Shown: positions 27,030-40,482 of the stretch, in pieces
Layout of the letters: the number at the start of each line of letters is the position of its first letter
Position numbering within the stretch: the stretch's first letter is position 1
Assembly: GCF_006345805.1 (NCBI RefSeq)
Contig: NC_043020.1
Span: forward strand, 31,124,001-31,188,000
Direction: 5' to 3'
Source: Octopus sinensis
Lineage: Eukaryota
Length of the DNA: 64,000 bases
Notes under the pieces: model-generated
Database searches by the model: none
Told to the model about the DNA's origin: nothing
The model's input: only the letters and a program-made list of their open reading frames with translations
Translations under genes and position numbers: made by a program

Positions 27030-27480
27030 TTTGTGAAATATTGGCATCTAAGATTATGAACTCTTTGGATTTAGTGATTACCTTGATGTCAGTGAGATTG
27101 CCATTGTCAAACAAGAGATTTGTTACCTTAGTAAGTGTCTACCCTCCAACCATGTGTTCCTCTGAAGAGAAAAAAAAGACTAATATTTTATCTTTAATGA
27201 AAAAAGCTTCTATGCAGTGTTCTTTCTGCTTATAAAATCTTCATATTTGGTGATTTCAATGAAAGCATTTGCAGAGATAAAAAAGTTTGGGATATAATTG
27301 GGAAACATGAAGCCAGAAAATGCAATAGTAATGGCTTGTTTAGTACTGCAAGTGTGTTCGATTTTTGCATATACTGGGTAACTGTCAATCTCCTAGTGTG
27401 GAGCATGCTGTATTTGAGCACCAAATATGTGGGAGTATTTATGTGATCAAGATGAAAGGCAATTAGGTCTCTCATTAATT
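27030..27480 (+). mobile_element. RTE apurinic endonuclease fragment, old
   Basis: LMSVRLPLSNKRFVTLVSVYPPTM, FGDFNE, KCNSNG. Confidence 0.75.
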
Positions 27481-27849
27481 TCTGTTTGGTGAGTTGGCCC
27501 TGAGGAAAAATCTAGGCAACAAATTGAAATTAAGGCATGAATGCATTAGAGACACTTAGAGGATCTAGATCAAATTAGAGACAGTGAAAACATCACAAAG
27601 TTTTTGATGGAAAAAATTGGTTCATGTTGGAATGAGTGAATTTGAATGAATGTCAATAAAATCTTAGTGTGCATGAAAAGCTTGAGAGAGATTTTTGAAA
27701 AGGTCTTAATATTAATGTTTCCATTGTGTTTTGCTTCAAAAACTACGTAGACATGACAGAATTAAATAGACATCCTTATAATTGTTAAAATTTATTTAAG
27801 TTATTTATTAATTATTATAATGTGAATATCTAATATTTAGTAGACAGGT

Positions 27850-28700
27850 CCTTGCATTCAAAAATGCAAGGACCCTAGCAGGCATGCTACTGATCTGATG
27901 AATATTCTCTTCATGATTTTCTTGCCAAGTTTCTTGCAGTAATATCAAAAGATCTGGCTTTAAGGATGCTTTCTTTTTCTTTTTAGGAGGTATCCCATCC
28001 ATCATGCCTCAGAGGTGTTCAGTAGGGTTCATATCTGGTGATTGGCTTAGCTATGGAAGCTTTTTAATGCCATTCTCTTCCAACCAATCCTGGGTCTTTT
28101 AGTTGTGCAAGAAAGCCCTATCTTCCATAAATAGTGTTATTTAATCATTTTACCCCTGGAGGTTATAGGAAGAAGATTTTTCTATAATATGGACACATAT
28201 TTATCTGAGTTTATGTATCCCTCACATTCCACCATTTCTGATTGACTATTGCTCCAAACTGCTCTCCAGACCATCACATGTTTCATTGTTGGCTGCAATA
28301 TATTCACGTGAAAATATTGGTGACTGATTCTCCAGACCCACATTCGACCAGTGTCAGAAAATACAGCAAATCTGGATTCATCAGAGAATTTGACAGTGTC
28401 CCAAAGTGTTAGTGACCTCTCTACCCACTTGTCCAATCTTTTCTCCATTTGATATTGGCTGGTCGAAGCAGTGTCTTCTTTCTTGCTGCTCTGCCATAAT
28501 AGCCAATTTTGCAGAGATAACTGACAGCTATTCTGGGACTGACATCAACTTATTCTGCTATATTGGAGGCCTTGCAATGAGGATTATCTTACACACTTCT
28601 CTTAAGAAAGCAAAGTGTTCTGTCAGAGGGCCTTAGTCTACCTGGGTAAGGTGATATGGACTACTTTCCCGTTTAGTGAATTGAAAAATTACTCTATTTA
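27850..28700 (-). mobile_element. Tc1 (DD34E-type) transposase pseudogene
   Basis: GYYGRAARKK, WDTVKFSDESRF, VMVWRAVW, SQSPDMNPTEHL with stops. Confidence 0.85.
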
Positions 28701-29685
28701 CTGTAGAAAGTGGAATCACAATGTTTTCTGTGGTTTTAGGCTAAGTCAGCCTTGAAATAGGCGCAGCATATGGCCTCTTTGTAAATTGGACATTTTTAAG
28801 GCTTCTTTTGTACATGGCATGATTAAACAGTTACATATAGAACCTGAAACATATAAATGTCAATTAATAAAAAAAATAAACCTCTTCAAGTTATAATAAC
28901 AATGTGTTAATGGGTATCTATTTACTTTTGTCATGTTTGTGTACAAATGTATCATTTGTTACAACTGCACTTTGAAAGAAAAAGAAAACCTTTAGTAGAA
29001 AATTAGCATTAGCTACGACAACGTTACCCAACTATTAAATCTTATATTTTTCAAACTCATGCTAGGATGGAAAAATGAACGTAGGTATGAGACTTATTTT
29101 TACACATGTATTGATGCATATAAAACATGAAATTATGTTGTCTACATACTTAAATACTTGCAATTAATTCATTGTAAGAACATAGAAATTTGACAGGTTT
29201 TCTTGAGTTGTTGCTCATCTACAATAATCTGATAAGTTTGAGGTTATTGTTGGTTGCATAAGATTGTCATTGAATTTTCTCTCGACAGAAATATCTAATC
29301 ATTTTATCCATACTAGCATGGGTTGTGTGTATCATGTTGATATCTGTTTCAGTTTAATTCCCTCTGCAATAGTTTCTTTTTTTTGTGTTTATGCAATATT
29401 GTACTTTCATAAAATACAGTCGTCTCTTGCCTTACACAGTATTGTTTCTTAGTTTCACTTTAGCACAATTTTGCTCATTTTGCTCATTTTCCTCTATTTC
29501 TTTCTTTTTGTTTTTGTTTTTACAAATATAGAACTAGTAATTGCTTCAGTTTCTCATTATATTTTGTTAAATATTTTTGAATTTGAAATATTAAAATTGA
29601 TTTCACTGGAAATGAAAATTCAATGTATAAAATTAACTTTAAACTAGATGTTCAGCATAAAATGCAAAAGTTTTACAAAAAGAAT

Positions 29686-30480
29686 TGTCATCATCATTTA
29701 ATGTCCATTATCTATGCTGGCTTGGGTTGGACAGTTTCATCAGAGCTGGTAAGCTGAGGGTCTGCAGCAGACTCCAGTCTGATTTGTCATTGTTTCTATG
29801 GCTGGATGCCCTTCTTAACATCAAGCACTCCATGAGTGTTGTGGGCAGGGGTTGTGAAAAAAATTGATGGGAAATTAATTACAATATATTGTCTTCTAAG
29901 GCACGGCATGTCATGAAAGGTGTCGGTCATTAGTCATTGCCTTTATAAGTTTCAACAGTCAAAGATCATGCATTACCACCTTGTCCAATGCCTTCTTATG
30001 TCTGCTTCTTCTGCCATGTAGCATAGTTGTCTGCACAGGTATAATAAATCTGGCTTTCACTCTGAAGGAGAGACCCTTAGTTACCAAACAGAGGAAGGAG
30101 CTCTCTGAATTTGCTCAGCCTATTTTTATTCTTGCAGCCACACTCATCCACCTCTGCTACTGACTTTGTTGCTCAACAATCTTTATCGTACTCCTCTGGT
30201 ATTTGATGAAGCCCATTTTCTGTACACTTTTAGTGTTTACTGTACATGTGCACCTTCCACATACAAAATATATTTTCCCAGTTTACCTTCCTCTGATATT
30301 GCTACACCTATTATGTGTTATACAGAGTACATCTACCTACCTATTTCCTTCATATTGAGGATGGCATGTACCTGAAGGGCTTTACGATTTATCAGTTTTC
30401 CTACTTACTAAGACTTTGGGTTAGGGTTGGGTAGGTTAATTCTGTGACCTTTCAATTCTAGACCTTGCTTCCGTACGCAA
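29686..30480 (-). mobile_element. Degenerate RTE LINE 3' portion
   Basis: 3' UTR motif at 29690 plus coding remnants homologous to 34430-34520 and 1480-1800. Confidence 0.75.
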
Positions 30481-30559
30481 AATTTATTCTAGTTCTGGTA
30501 GTGATTTAGCTATAAGAAGAAGCTCATTAGTAAATAAGTGTTAAAACTCTTTGCTTTCA

Positions 30560-32450
30560 CAAACACTTTATGTACACAGATTGAAGCAATGAAAACAAAG
30601 GTCCTCGGTATACCTGAAACGTGAAGGAAAATATTTGGATAATGAAACGAATAATGTATGGCTAATTGAATGTAATGTAATAAATGATAATATATGAGTG
30701 TTCAGTTGTCATCCTCTATGCCCTCCCCAATTCCTTTGAAAGAAGCAAAGAAGACTAATAATATGTATTAAATGATTAACGAAAATAAAATTTGTGCAAA
30801 AGACCCTTAATCAATATTGACGGTGTGACGATCAAGGAGCAACGTGTCAGTTGTGCGTCAGACTTTTGTGCCAGTCTTTGCGAGTCTGGCAGAGCGACAA
30901 ATTGCTGGATGGAGGATAAACTGCATCAGGCAAGGATCACTTTTGGAAAGCAGGGGTTTCAAGGGGTGTTGGGGTATGACCACTTGTTGGTGTGGCTCTG
31001 TGTGCAGGCGGTGAGATGCATTTCTGGTCATGGTAATTTTGGAGTCGTGAAGTGGGCATTGGTGTTGCAGCTGCATGAGGTGCTGTTAAAGTCGGTTGAG
31101 AAGGTAGTCTCATCACTGGTGTTGGCGTGAAGAACGCAGGTGGTTCAGACACCATGAGCAGTGGGGCGTGGGGAAGAAGCAGTAGATACTTCCAGAGGAA
31201 TTTTGTTGCACAGTGTTACTCGGCCTGATCCATCCACTCTCAACATGTACGGATCGAAATAACGTACATCGAAATGGCACCAGTCCCCCCCCCCCCGCCA
31301 TTTGTAGGATTGGGTCAAACTTGGCTCTGGATTAGGACATAGTTCGAAAGAAGTGAGCATGTGTGTTTTGACAACCGTTCAGTAGCACTCATGTTGTGTT
31401 TACGCAGGTCTTCTTTTCAATAAGTCATAGTTTCATGCCATGTGGAATGTAGCTTGTACTTGCCGGGATGGATGGGAATAAAGTATTGTATAGGGCTGCC
31501 AAAGATGCACATGGCTGGGGACAAGTGTGTCCCGGTCAGGTGTATTTCTTTATTGTAGCATTGTGCACTGGAAACTGTCAGTGTTAAGGAAGCCATTGGT
31601 GTCAGTGTTGTCTGTAACGAGGCCCTTTATTGTCTCAATACTGACTTTGGCACGGCAGTTGTCATGGGGAAATGCAATGGCGGTGATTCTCCCCAATTGT
31701 GGAAGAAGGTACAATGTCAGCTCATAGCTGATAGGGCAGTGTTAAGTGCCTGTGTGCCATTCGATGCTCCTTTAAGATAGTTTTCCAGACCTGTTAGGAC
31801 ATACCACCATTGTCTGTCACCAAGTGACAGATGTACCAATGGGGATAGGCTTTATAACTCCAAGTGGAACGTTCCGGTCGAGACCTGCTTTTACTTCCTC
31901 TTGCCAATGAACCAGGACTGGTATGGGCGTATGGTGGGCGACTGGTTTAGCATTAAGCGGATCGGTTGGTCAGACATCTTGGAGAATTGCCGATGGTTGC
32001 AGACGTTGAATGTGCTGGAGCTGTAGTAGTGTAGCAGCTACTTCCTCAGGCGAAAACGTTTTTCCTCAGTGGCTGGGAATGGTAGTGTAGTTGGAGGAGG
32101 AGGTTGTATTTGTTGTAGGTGGCAGGTGCATACATTCTGTGTCATTGTTGCAGATGATCGATGAGGCTTGTCAGTACTCTCTCCCATGGATTGTTTACAG
32201 GCCAACTCATGGCACAATCAGGTGCAGGACAGGGTACGTTGGTCATACTGACTCGCTTTTTGTCATAAATAAGTCTGACAACTGTTTGCTTTCACCAATA
32301 TTTTACGCAGTCTGAAGCAATGAATAAAGGGTCTTCAGTATACCTGAAATGTGAAGGGAAAGATGATGGATAATAAAATGAATAATATATGGTGAATTGA
32401 ATGTAATGTAATAAATTGTAATATATGTGTGTTTAGTTGTAATCCTGTAA
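30560..32450 (-). mobile_element. Internally deleted Ty3/Gypsy (Mag-like) LTR retrotransposon
   Basis: ~150-bp direct repeats at 30560-30720 and 32310-32450. RT start HHTPIPVLVHWQEEVKAGLD..LGVIKP..VTW; integrase [26 protein letters not shown] and FDPYMLRVDGSGRVTL; PPT-like aattggggaggg. Confidence 0.85.
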
Positions 32451-32467
32451 TCAGCATAGAGGAGTTG

Positions 32468-32700
32468 CTAGGGTCTGCCTGTTTTATATTCATCTGTTAT
32501 TACCTGAATGATTATGATACCAACAAAAGTCAAGTACAGAGGTTTATACTTGGTTAGGTACTTCTCCTGGGGGTTTCTTACCAGAAATATATCATGACTG
32601 GTGTTTCTTCCTGATACAAAACCAAATTGCATCTCATCTAGATTAAGTCTTTTCCTAATTAGTTGGGCTATGATCCTCTCCGTGATTTTCATCATCTGAA
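32468..32700 (-). mobile_element. RTE RT fragment
   Basis: MKITERII..LDEMQFGFVSGRNT..IFLVR. Confidence 0.85.
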
Positions 32701-33434
32701 GAAATTAGTGCCAGTGCGAGCACTTTATTTTTAAAGCACACATCAAGCATATGTTAACATATTAGCAATGAGAAAGCGCTCTAATCGATGTCTACCTATA
32801 TACATACATATATGCAGGGTAGCCATGTACTTTCTCTACAGCAACACACCTCTGTCTGTCTCTCTATTATACTACAGGTTAGGATGAAGCCACCTCTCTC
32901 ACTACTAGCAATCCACTCATCCTTGAAATTTACTTATTAATTTTACTTGCAAGATTCTTTATATGAGTTCGTGTGTTGAAGCATATTCTGTTGTGTCTGG
33001 GGAGAGTCATTCTCGTTTAGTGCGTTATTATTTAACACACTCAAGGGTAAACATTTCCACTTATTTCTTATTTTTATTAGTCATACACACTCACACACAG
33101 AAATGAAAACACATTTACAAACTCACACACCTAGAAATGAAAACGCACTTGCAAACACTCACTCACACACACACACACATTGGCTGACCTGCACACACAC
33201 ACAATTTCTTCAGAATGTCACGGTTTTAAGGTCAACATATTTAAAGCATAAATACCTACAAGTGTGCATCTTTGCATGTATCTGTGTGTGTGTTCGGACG
33301 TATGAGTGTTTGTGCGTGTTTGAGCACACTCCACACATACGTAACGTAACGGTTCGGCAAAATAGAAAAAGTTAGAATAGGTACTAAGCTTCCAAAGAAT
33401 AAGTCCTTTTGCTTGACTAAAGACGGTGCTCAAG

Positions 33435-33484
<50 letters not shown>

Positions 33485-33503
33485 TACATACATATATCCA
33501 TTA

Positions 33504-33542
<39 letters not shown>

Positions 33543-33545
<3 letters not shown>

Positions 33546-34530
33546 TCATCATCATCGTTTAGCGTCCGCTTTCCATGCTAGCATGGGTTGGACGGTTCAA
33601 CTGGGGTCTGGGAAGCCAGAAGGCTGCACCAGGCCCAGTTTGATCTGGCAATGTTTCTACAGCTGGATGCCCTTCCTAACGCCAACCACTCCATGGGTGT
33701 AGTGGGTACTTTTTACGTGCCACCGGCACAGGTGCCAGACGAGTCTGGCAAACGGCCACGATCGGATGGTGCTTTTTATGTGCCACCGGCACGAGGCCAG
33801 TCGGGGCGGCGCTGGCAACAGCCACGTTCGGATGGTTCTCTTACGTGCCACCGGCACTGATAACTCAACTGCAATTTCCATTGATCGATTTCGATTCTGA
33901 TTTTCACTTGCCTCAACAGGTCTTCACAAGTAGAGTTTTGTGTCCCAAGAAGGGAAGGTATGCATAAGTGGACTGGCTACATACCGTGTAGAAGGCCACG
34001 GGTTATGGTCTCACTTGTCCTGCCGGGTCTTCTCACGCACAGCATACTTCCAGAGGTCTCGGTCTCTAGTCATTTCCTCGGTGAGACCTAAAATTCGAAG
34101 GTCGTTCTTCACCACCTCGTCCCAGGTTTTCCTGGGTCTGCCTCTTCCACAGGTTCCCTCAACCGCTAGGGTGTGGCACTTTTTCACACAACTATCTTCA
34201 TCCATTCTCGCCACATGTCCATACCAGCGCAAACGTCTCTCTTGCACACCACATCTGATGCTTCTTAGGTCCAACTTTTCTCTCAAGGTACTTACACTCT
34301 GTCGATTATGAACACTGACATTACACATCCATCGGAGCATACTGGCTTCATTTCTTGCGAGCTTACGCATATCCTCAGCAGTCACGGCCCATGTTTCACT
34401 GCCATGTAGCATGGCTGTTCGTACACACGCGTCATGCAGTCTGCCTTTTACTCTGAGCGAGAGGCCTTTTGTCACCAGCAGAGGTAAGAGCTCTCTGTAC
34501 TTTGCCCAAGCTATTCTTATGTGTGATATA
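33543..34530 (-). mobile_element. Young 5'-truncated RTE LINE with complete 3' UTR
   Basis: ORF 34011..34586(-): AMLHGSETW, RLRWYGHV, GRGRPRKTW; (GAT)n tail at 33543. Confidence 0.92.
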
Positions 34531-35001
34531 CGTGCTTGCATTCTCGTGTGTCCTTCGAGTGCGAACAAACATACACAGACACACACACATTAAAACATAT
34601 ATACGACGGGATCTTTCAGTTTCCTTCCCTAAATCCAATCGCAAGGATTAGCTCGGCCCTGGGCAACAATAGTAGACAATTGCAGAAGATTACAGGCAGT
34701 GGGAATGAACCCGAAACCATGTGGTTCGCAAGCAAACTACTTACAACGTAGCCATTCCTACGCCGATATTCACATATACGACGGCTTCTTTCAGTTTCCC
34801 TCTACCAACTCCATTCAGAATACTTTGGTCGGCCCTTGGCCTAGGCTATAGTTGAATACACTTGCCGAAGGTGCAACGCTGTTGGTTTGAACTCAGCACA
34901 TTGCGGTTCGTGAGCAATCATTCTCACAGAAATGCGCGCGCAAACAGACACAGAATGTCACGGTTTTAAGGTCAACATGTGTAAAACATAAATAGCTACG
35001 A

Positions 35002-35434
35002 GTTAGCCATGATAAGATGGCTTCTATACTTTACATTATCGAGCGATTACTGTTTCAATCTCATTCTGAGATTTAATTATGCTTACTGTTCGTTTTTCGA
35101 CATCAGTGGCAGACGCCATTAGAAAAACTTATATATGTTTGCAAACAGCCTTCACTTTCATCGCTACCTGGTGGTTACCGCCCGTTGACGAGGGACAACA
35201 ACCCGAAACTAGTTCGAGCGTATCACTCAGGCTTGCGAAGAAGGGATGGCCTCCCTTTGCAAATACTCCAAGGACACTGATATTGTGTCTAAGGCCAGCT
35301 AGAGACGAAGATCTCTTGGGGCTATAAAGCTACAGTAACACCCCCTCCCCAATGTGGTTAGCCATGATAAGATGGCTTCTATACTTACATTATCGAGCGA
35401 TTACTGTTTCAATCTCATTCTGAGATTTAATTAT
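35002..35434 (+). mobile_element. Retrozyme/Penelope pLTR-like unit: 79-bp direct repeats around an HHR-like motif
   Basis: Repeats at 35002-35080 and 35357-35434 (period 355). Motif CGCCCG-TTGACGA-GGG/CCC-GAAAC-TA-GTT-CGAGCG at 35179-35220. Confidence 0.6.
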
Positions 35435-36194
35435 AATTTTATTATTGTTAAATTATAATATTCAAGTGAAGTAACTGTAGAAGATACTTTGTAGTTATCG
35501 TAATATACACTTTGTCGCTGTTAGACTCTTTCTGTTATTTCACTGTGACCATAGTGGAGCACCGCCTTTAGTCAAGCAAATCAACCCCAGGAATTATTCT
35601 TTGTATGCCTATTACTTAATGTATAGGTCTCTTTTGCAGAACCGATAAGTTACGGGGACGTAATGTTCGATATACTGATTTAGTAGGTATTTATTTATTG
35701 TAAGAACTTCAATTATCATAAATTATGGGCTAGGAAAATACTAGAAACTTTTTTGATATACCTATTGGGGATCCTGTGTGTGTGGGACTATTTTTATTTA
35801 TGTGAGTGTGGGTATTTTCATTTCAGTGTGTGGTGTGTGTGTTGTGTGTGTGAGAGTGTTTTATTTCTGTGTGCGCGAGTGTGTGAGCGACTGAGTGTTT
35901 CTATTTGTTTGTGTTGTTGCGACACTTACAAACTACAACAAACACTTTGACCATTGCTAAGATACCCACATTTGAGATCACTAACTACTAAATCAAAATA
36001 AGTTCAATTTATTGCACCTTAGTGACTTCAGATGTTGCTCAAATTTTTCCCATGTGTCTACAATGTATTAATTTCACAAGTGGATGAAAGAAATTCTCAT
36101 AATGGCGTGGAGGGGGCTGATATTCTAACTGCGAGTGCAAAGCACCCAATGCCCATTACATTCTGAATAAATGTATGTTTGTGCTAGTTAAGGT

Positions 36195-36830
36195 TAGGGT
36201 TTTATGTGTGAGTGTGTAACTGTGTTTTCATTTCTTGTGTGGGGTGCGATGTTTGGTGTGTGTTACTATTTTCATTTCTGTGTGTGTGTGTTTGTGTGTG
36301 TGTGAGTGTGTGAGAGTTTGGATGTGTAACTGTGTATTTTTATTTCTATTTGTGTGTGTCTGTGTGTTTGTGCATGTGTAGGTATGTAACTGTTTTCATT
36401 TCAGTGTTTGTCCCGGTGTTGTGTGAATATGTAGCTGTGTATTTTCATTTCTGTGTGTGTGTGTTTGTGTGTGTGTGATTGTGTGAGAGTTTGGATGTGT
36501 AACTGTGTATTTTCATTTCTATTTGTGTGTGTCTGTGTGTTTGTGCATGTGTGGTATTAACTGTTTTCATTTCAGTGTTTGTCCGCGTGTTTGTGTGAAT
36601 ATGTAGCTGTGTATTTTCATTTCTGTGTGTGTATTTGTGCGTATGTGTGTGTGTGTGTGTGAGAATTTTTATTCAGTGTTTGTGTGCGTGGGACGGTTTT
36701 TATTTGTGTGAGTGTGAAAGTGTGTGTTGGTATTTTCATTTCAGTGTTTGTGTTTGTGTGAATGTTTTTATTTGTGTGTGTAAGTGTGTGTGAGCGACTG
36801 TGTTTTTATTCGTTTGTGTGTGTGCGACAA
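36195..36830. repeat. TG-rich minisatellite (gtgtaactgtgtattttcatttct units)
   Basis: Recurring core motif; also at 35780-35920, 46915-47660 and inverted at ~33085-33200. Confidence 0.85.
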
Positions 36831-37312
36831 TTACAGCTACAACAAACACTTTAAGCATCTCTAAGATACCCACATTTGCAGATCACTAACTACTAAATCA
36901 AAAAATCACAATTTATGGATCTTTAGCGACTTAAAATATTGCACATATTTTCTCATATGGTGACAACGTATATTTCACAAGTGGATAAAACAAATTCTCA
37001 TACTGGCGTGGAGGGGGCTGATATTCTATCTGCAGGTGCTAAGTACACAATGACCCCGTATCTACGTACCTGGATCGGTCATAATTGGTTTCATTTGGAG
37101 AACTCTCGGGTGTGGAATATCTATGACTATAGAAGTTGACTTGTTTACAGGCTTCGTTTATGGCCTCACTTTTGTGATTTTCGAAGTCCACACGTTACTG
37201 TGGACTTCGAAGATTTAGTCGGCCCAGATACGATAGAAGAAAACACTTGTCTAAGTCGCCACGCAGTGTGACTGCACCTGAACCGTGTGGCTGGTAGGCA
37301 TCTACTCCCCCG

Positions 37313-37345
<33 letters not shown>

Positions 37346-37507
37346 ATAGGTGTAGAGGTGGCTGTGTGATAAGTAGCTTGCAAACGAACCGCAGTGTTCT
37401 GGGTTCAGTCCCACTGCGTGGCGTGTTGGGCATGGTGTCTTCTACTATAGCCTTGTCCCTCCGACCAATGCTTGTGAGTGAATTTGATAGACGGAATACC
37501 CCCCCCT

Positions 37508-37546
<39 letters not shown>

Positions 37547-37639
37547 TGTGTGTGGTGTGTGTGTGTGTGTGTGTGTGTAAGTAATATATATATATATTAT
37601 ATATATAATATATATATATATATACATACCCCTGTTTTC

Positions 37640-38750
37640 CAGGGGTTCCTCAGGAAAATGGATCACCTACCCCGGTGAACGACCAGGTAGTGAAGGATAG
37701 GAGAGCCAAGGGAGCAGAAACCGGAAGCCCCCCTGTACCAATGGTCCTACAAAGAAATGAAAAATTAGAAAAACAGAAGAAAAAAGGAAGGACCGAAAAC
37801 AAAAATAAGGAGGGAAAAGGAGGAAAGGCAAAACAACCAAAGCTGAAACCCCAACCCACCACACAAACAGCAGAGAACCCCATGGAGGATCCAATGCCCC
37901 CCAGTACACTTCTGGAAAGAAGAAATCTGAAAGGCACCGATGAACCAGAGAATTCTACCTGCGGGGCAAATGTTGGCATGATGAGGACGGCAAAAACTGC
38001 CGGTTCACCCACCCGACACCCCGCCAGAACTTCAGGGGACTCAAAGAGAAAAGCTTTAACCGAGGGAACACAAAAAATGTCTCCCAGGAAAACTTTCAAA
38101 AACGAAGTGCGCTCCTCAGATGTTTTGCGCAACTCAGCAGCTGAGCAAGAGTCTTTTTTGTGCATGGCGCAAAGAATTGTCCGGCAGCTAACCTGGCTAC
38201 ACCAAGCACAGAGAAGGAACCCTGCCCACCACTATGCAAGACCACCACAGTCAACAGACACGGGATGGCCTCCCCTAACGCCTGCACAGCCGTCACCCCA
38301 ATACTTTTACTAATATTGGGGACCTGTTGCATCAAAATAGAAACAAAATTTCTTTCGTGAGAGATCTTACTGCATGCAATCAAGCCCTATGCATAGCACT
38401 TGTGGAAACTCACCTCACCCTGATATAGAGGACACAGAAGTACACATACCAAACTATGCCATACTGCGAACAGACAGAAGGGAAAGGAGCCATGGTGGAG
38501 TTGCTGTATACATCCGAGATGACCTCACACCCCAGGTCTTAATGACATACTCAATTCGGTATGAGACACTTTAATTGTATACATAAACAACATAATATAG
38601 CCATATGCAATACATATTGCCCACCGGATGCCCCAAATCATACAGGCAAGTTTGAAGATTGCCTCACAATAATTAAAGAAATCCTCATGAATCTGGAACA
38701 CCACGTGACCATATTTCTTATCGGTGATTTCAACTTATAGGTGATTTCAA
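37640..38750 (+). mobile_element. CR1-like LINE 5' region (basic ORF1 end plus APE endonuclease)
   Basis: ORF 37675..38313, then ALVETHL, EVHIPNYAILRTDRRERSHGGVAVYIRDD, IGDFN. Confidence 0.75.
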
Positions 38751-39370
38751 CAACTCTTTTATGGAGAGTTAGCTAAAGGAGAACGACCTCCACATAAACC
38801 AAAAAAGAGGTATAAGGACTTGCTGAAGGCTTCCTTAAGAGATGCTTGCATCTCTCCTGACACATGGGAAGGCATAGTTATTGATCGTAGCTGGGAGAAG
38901 GATTGTGCACGAGGGGACAGCCACTTTTGAGAAATCTCGAGTGGCACATAAGAAAGTAAGGAGGGATGTCAGGAAGCGCATCGCTGTTACACTTCCAGAT
39001 GGGAAGGGTCTTCCTATGATGCTGACATGCAGTGTCTGTGCAAGACACTGCCTCAGAAAAGCTGGACTCAAGAGTCATCTTCGTAGTCATAAAGCGAGAC
39101 AGATGAGTGACAACCTGCCACTGGTGGTGGTGTAACACACCATACTAATAATATCTGTCGGGCATGCAAAGAGAGTGTAATTCGGCAGGAGGACTTAAAC
39201 GACATGCACATGTACATGAAGCCCAGTTACAACTACAGCCGGCTATTACCGGTAAAGGTTTAGTTGCCAATTCTGTACAAGACTGGGCTAAAAAGTCACA
39301 TTCGATCACACCCGCCAGTAACAGTTAAGCTTCGTGCAATGGCCATACTCGATGATGAGGGGGCAGCCAT
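38750..39370 (+). mobile_element. RTE LINE 3' end with three tandem C2H2 fingers
   Basis: QQLFYGELAKGERP..KKRYKD. Fingers CSVCARHCLRKAGLKSHLRSH, CRACK(R)ECNSAGGLKRHAHVH (1-nt deletion) and CQFC..RLGLKSHIRSH (deleted). Confidence 0.8.
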
Positions 39371-39372
39371 AA

Positions 39373-39417
<45 letters not shown>

Positions 39418-39656
39418 TATATAGTTGAAATATGTTACAAAAGGAAAATATAAAATACACGTGAAAGTTTAAGGGGAGAATAAGAAAAAATCAACGAAAA
39501 TGCACATTGTAAATAAAAAAGAAAAAGCTTTTTATGAAAGGTAACGACAGATATATACTTTTAGATGGATGAGGTAGTAATAAAAGTCATTATTATGAGA
39601 TGATTAAAAGTCAGAAGAAAGCATACCATGGTTTCGTCATAAGCTATTCGTCCCCC

Positions 39657-39700
<44 letters not shown>

Positions 39701-40152
39701 ATACATGTATATAACTACGTATATTATATGCATGCATTATATATATATATAATGCATACATATGCAGTCAGATCTAGTCCAAGTAATTTGACTCATTGTT
39801 TTGTTAAATCTAGTTGGAACCGATAGATAAGAGAAAATCGTTTGGTCATTATATTTGATTGACTGTAGTTGTTGATTTTTTCGTAGAAGCTATTGGCTTG
39901 AAGCAGGGTTAGGTGTTTATGTAGTTTCTGATGGTAGTAGGGACAAATAGAGGCACACAATCGTATACATATATACACTTGTGTACGACGGGCTTTTTTC
40001 AGTTTCCGATACGAATTAAATCATAAGGATTTAGTCGACCCGGGACGATAGAAGAAAACACTTGTCTAAGCTGCCACGCGGTGGGACTGCACCAGGAACC
40101 GTGTGGTTGGTAAGCAGGCAACCCCCCACTGAGATATATTTACATATATATA

Positions 40153-40193
<41 letters not shown>

Positions 40194-40409
40194 GATTAGG
40201 AATGGCTGTGTGATAAGTAGCTCCCTACGAAACGCAGTGTTCTTGGTTCAGTCCCACTGCATGGCATCTTGGGCTAGTGTCTTCTACTATAGACTCGTGC
40301 CGACCAATCCTTGTGAGTGGAATTGATAGGCGGAACATACACACACACACACACATTCACACAAACATATATATACATATATGTGTGTGTGTGTGTGTGT
40401 GTGTAGGGC

Positions 40410-40482
<73 letters not shown>

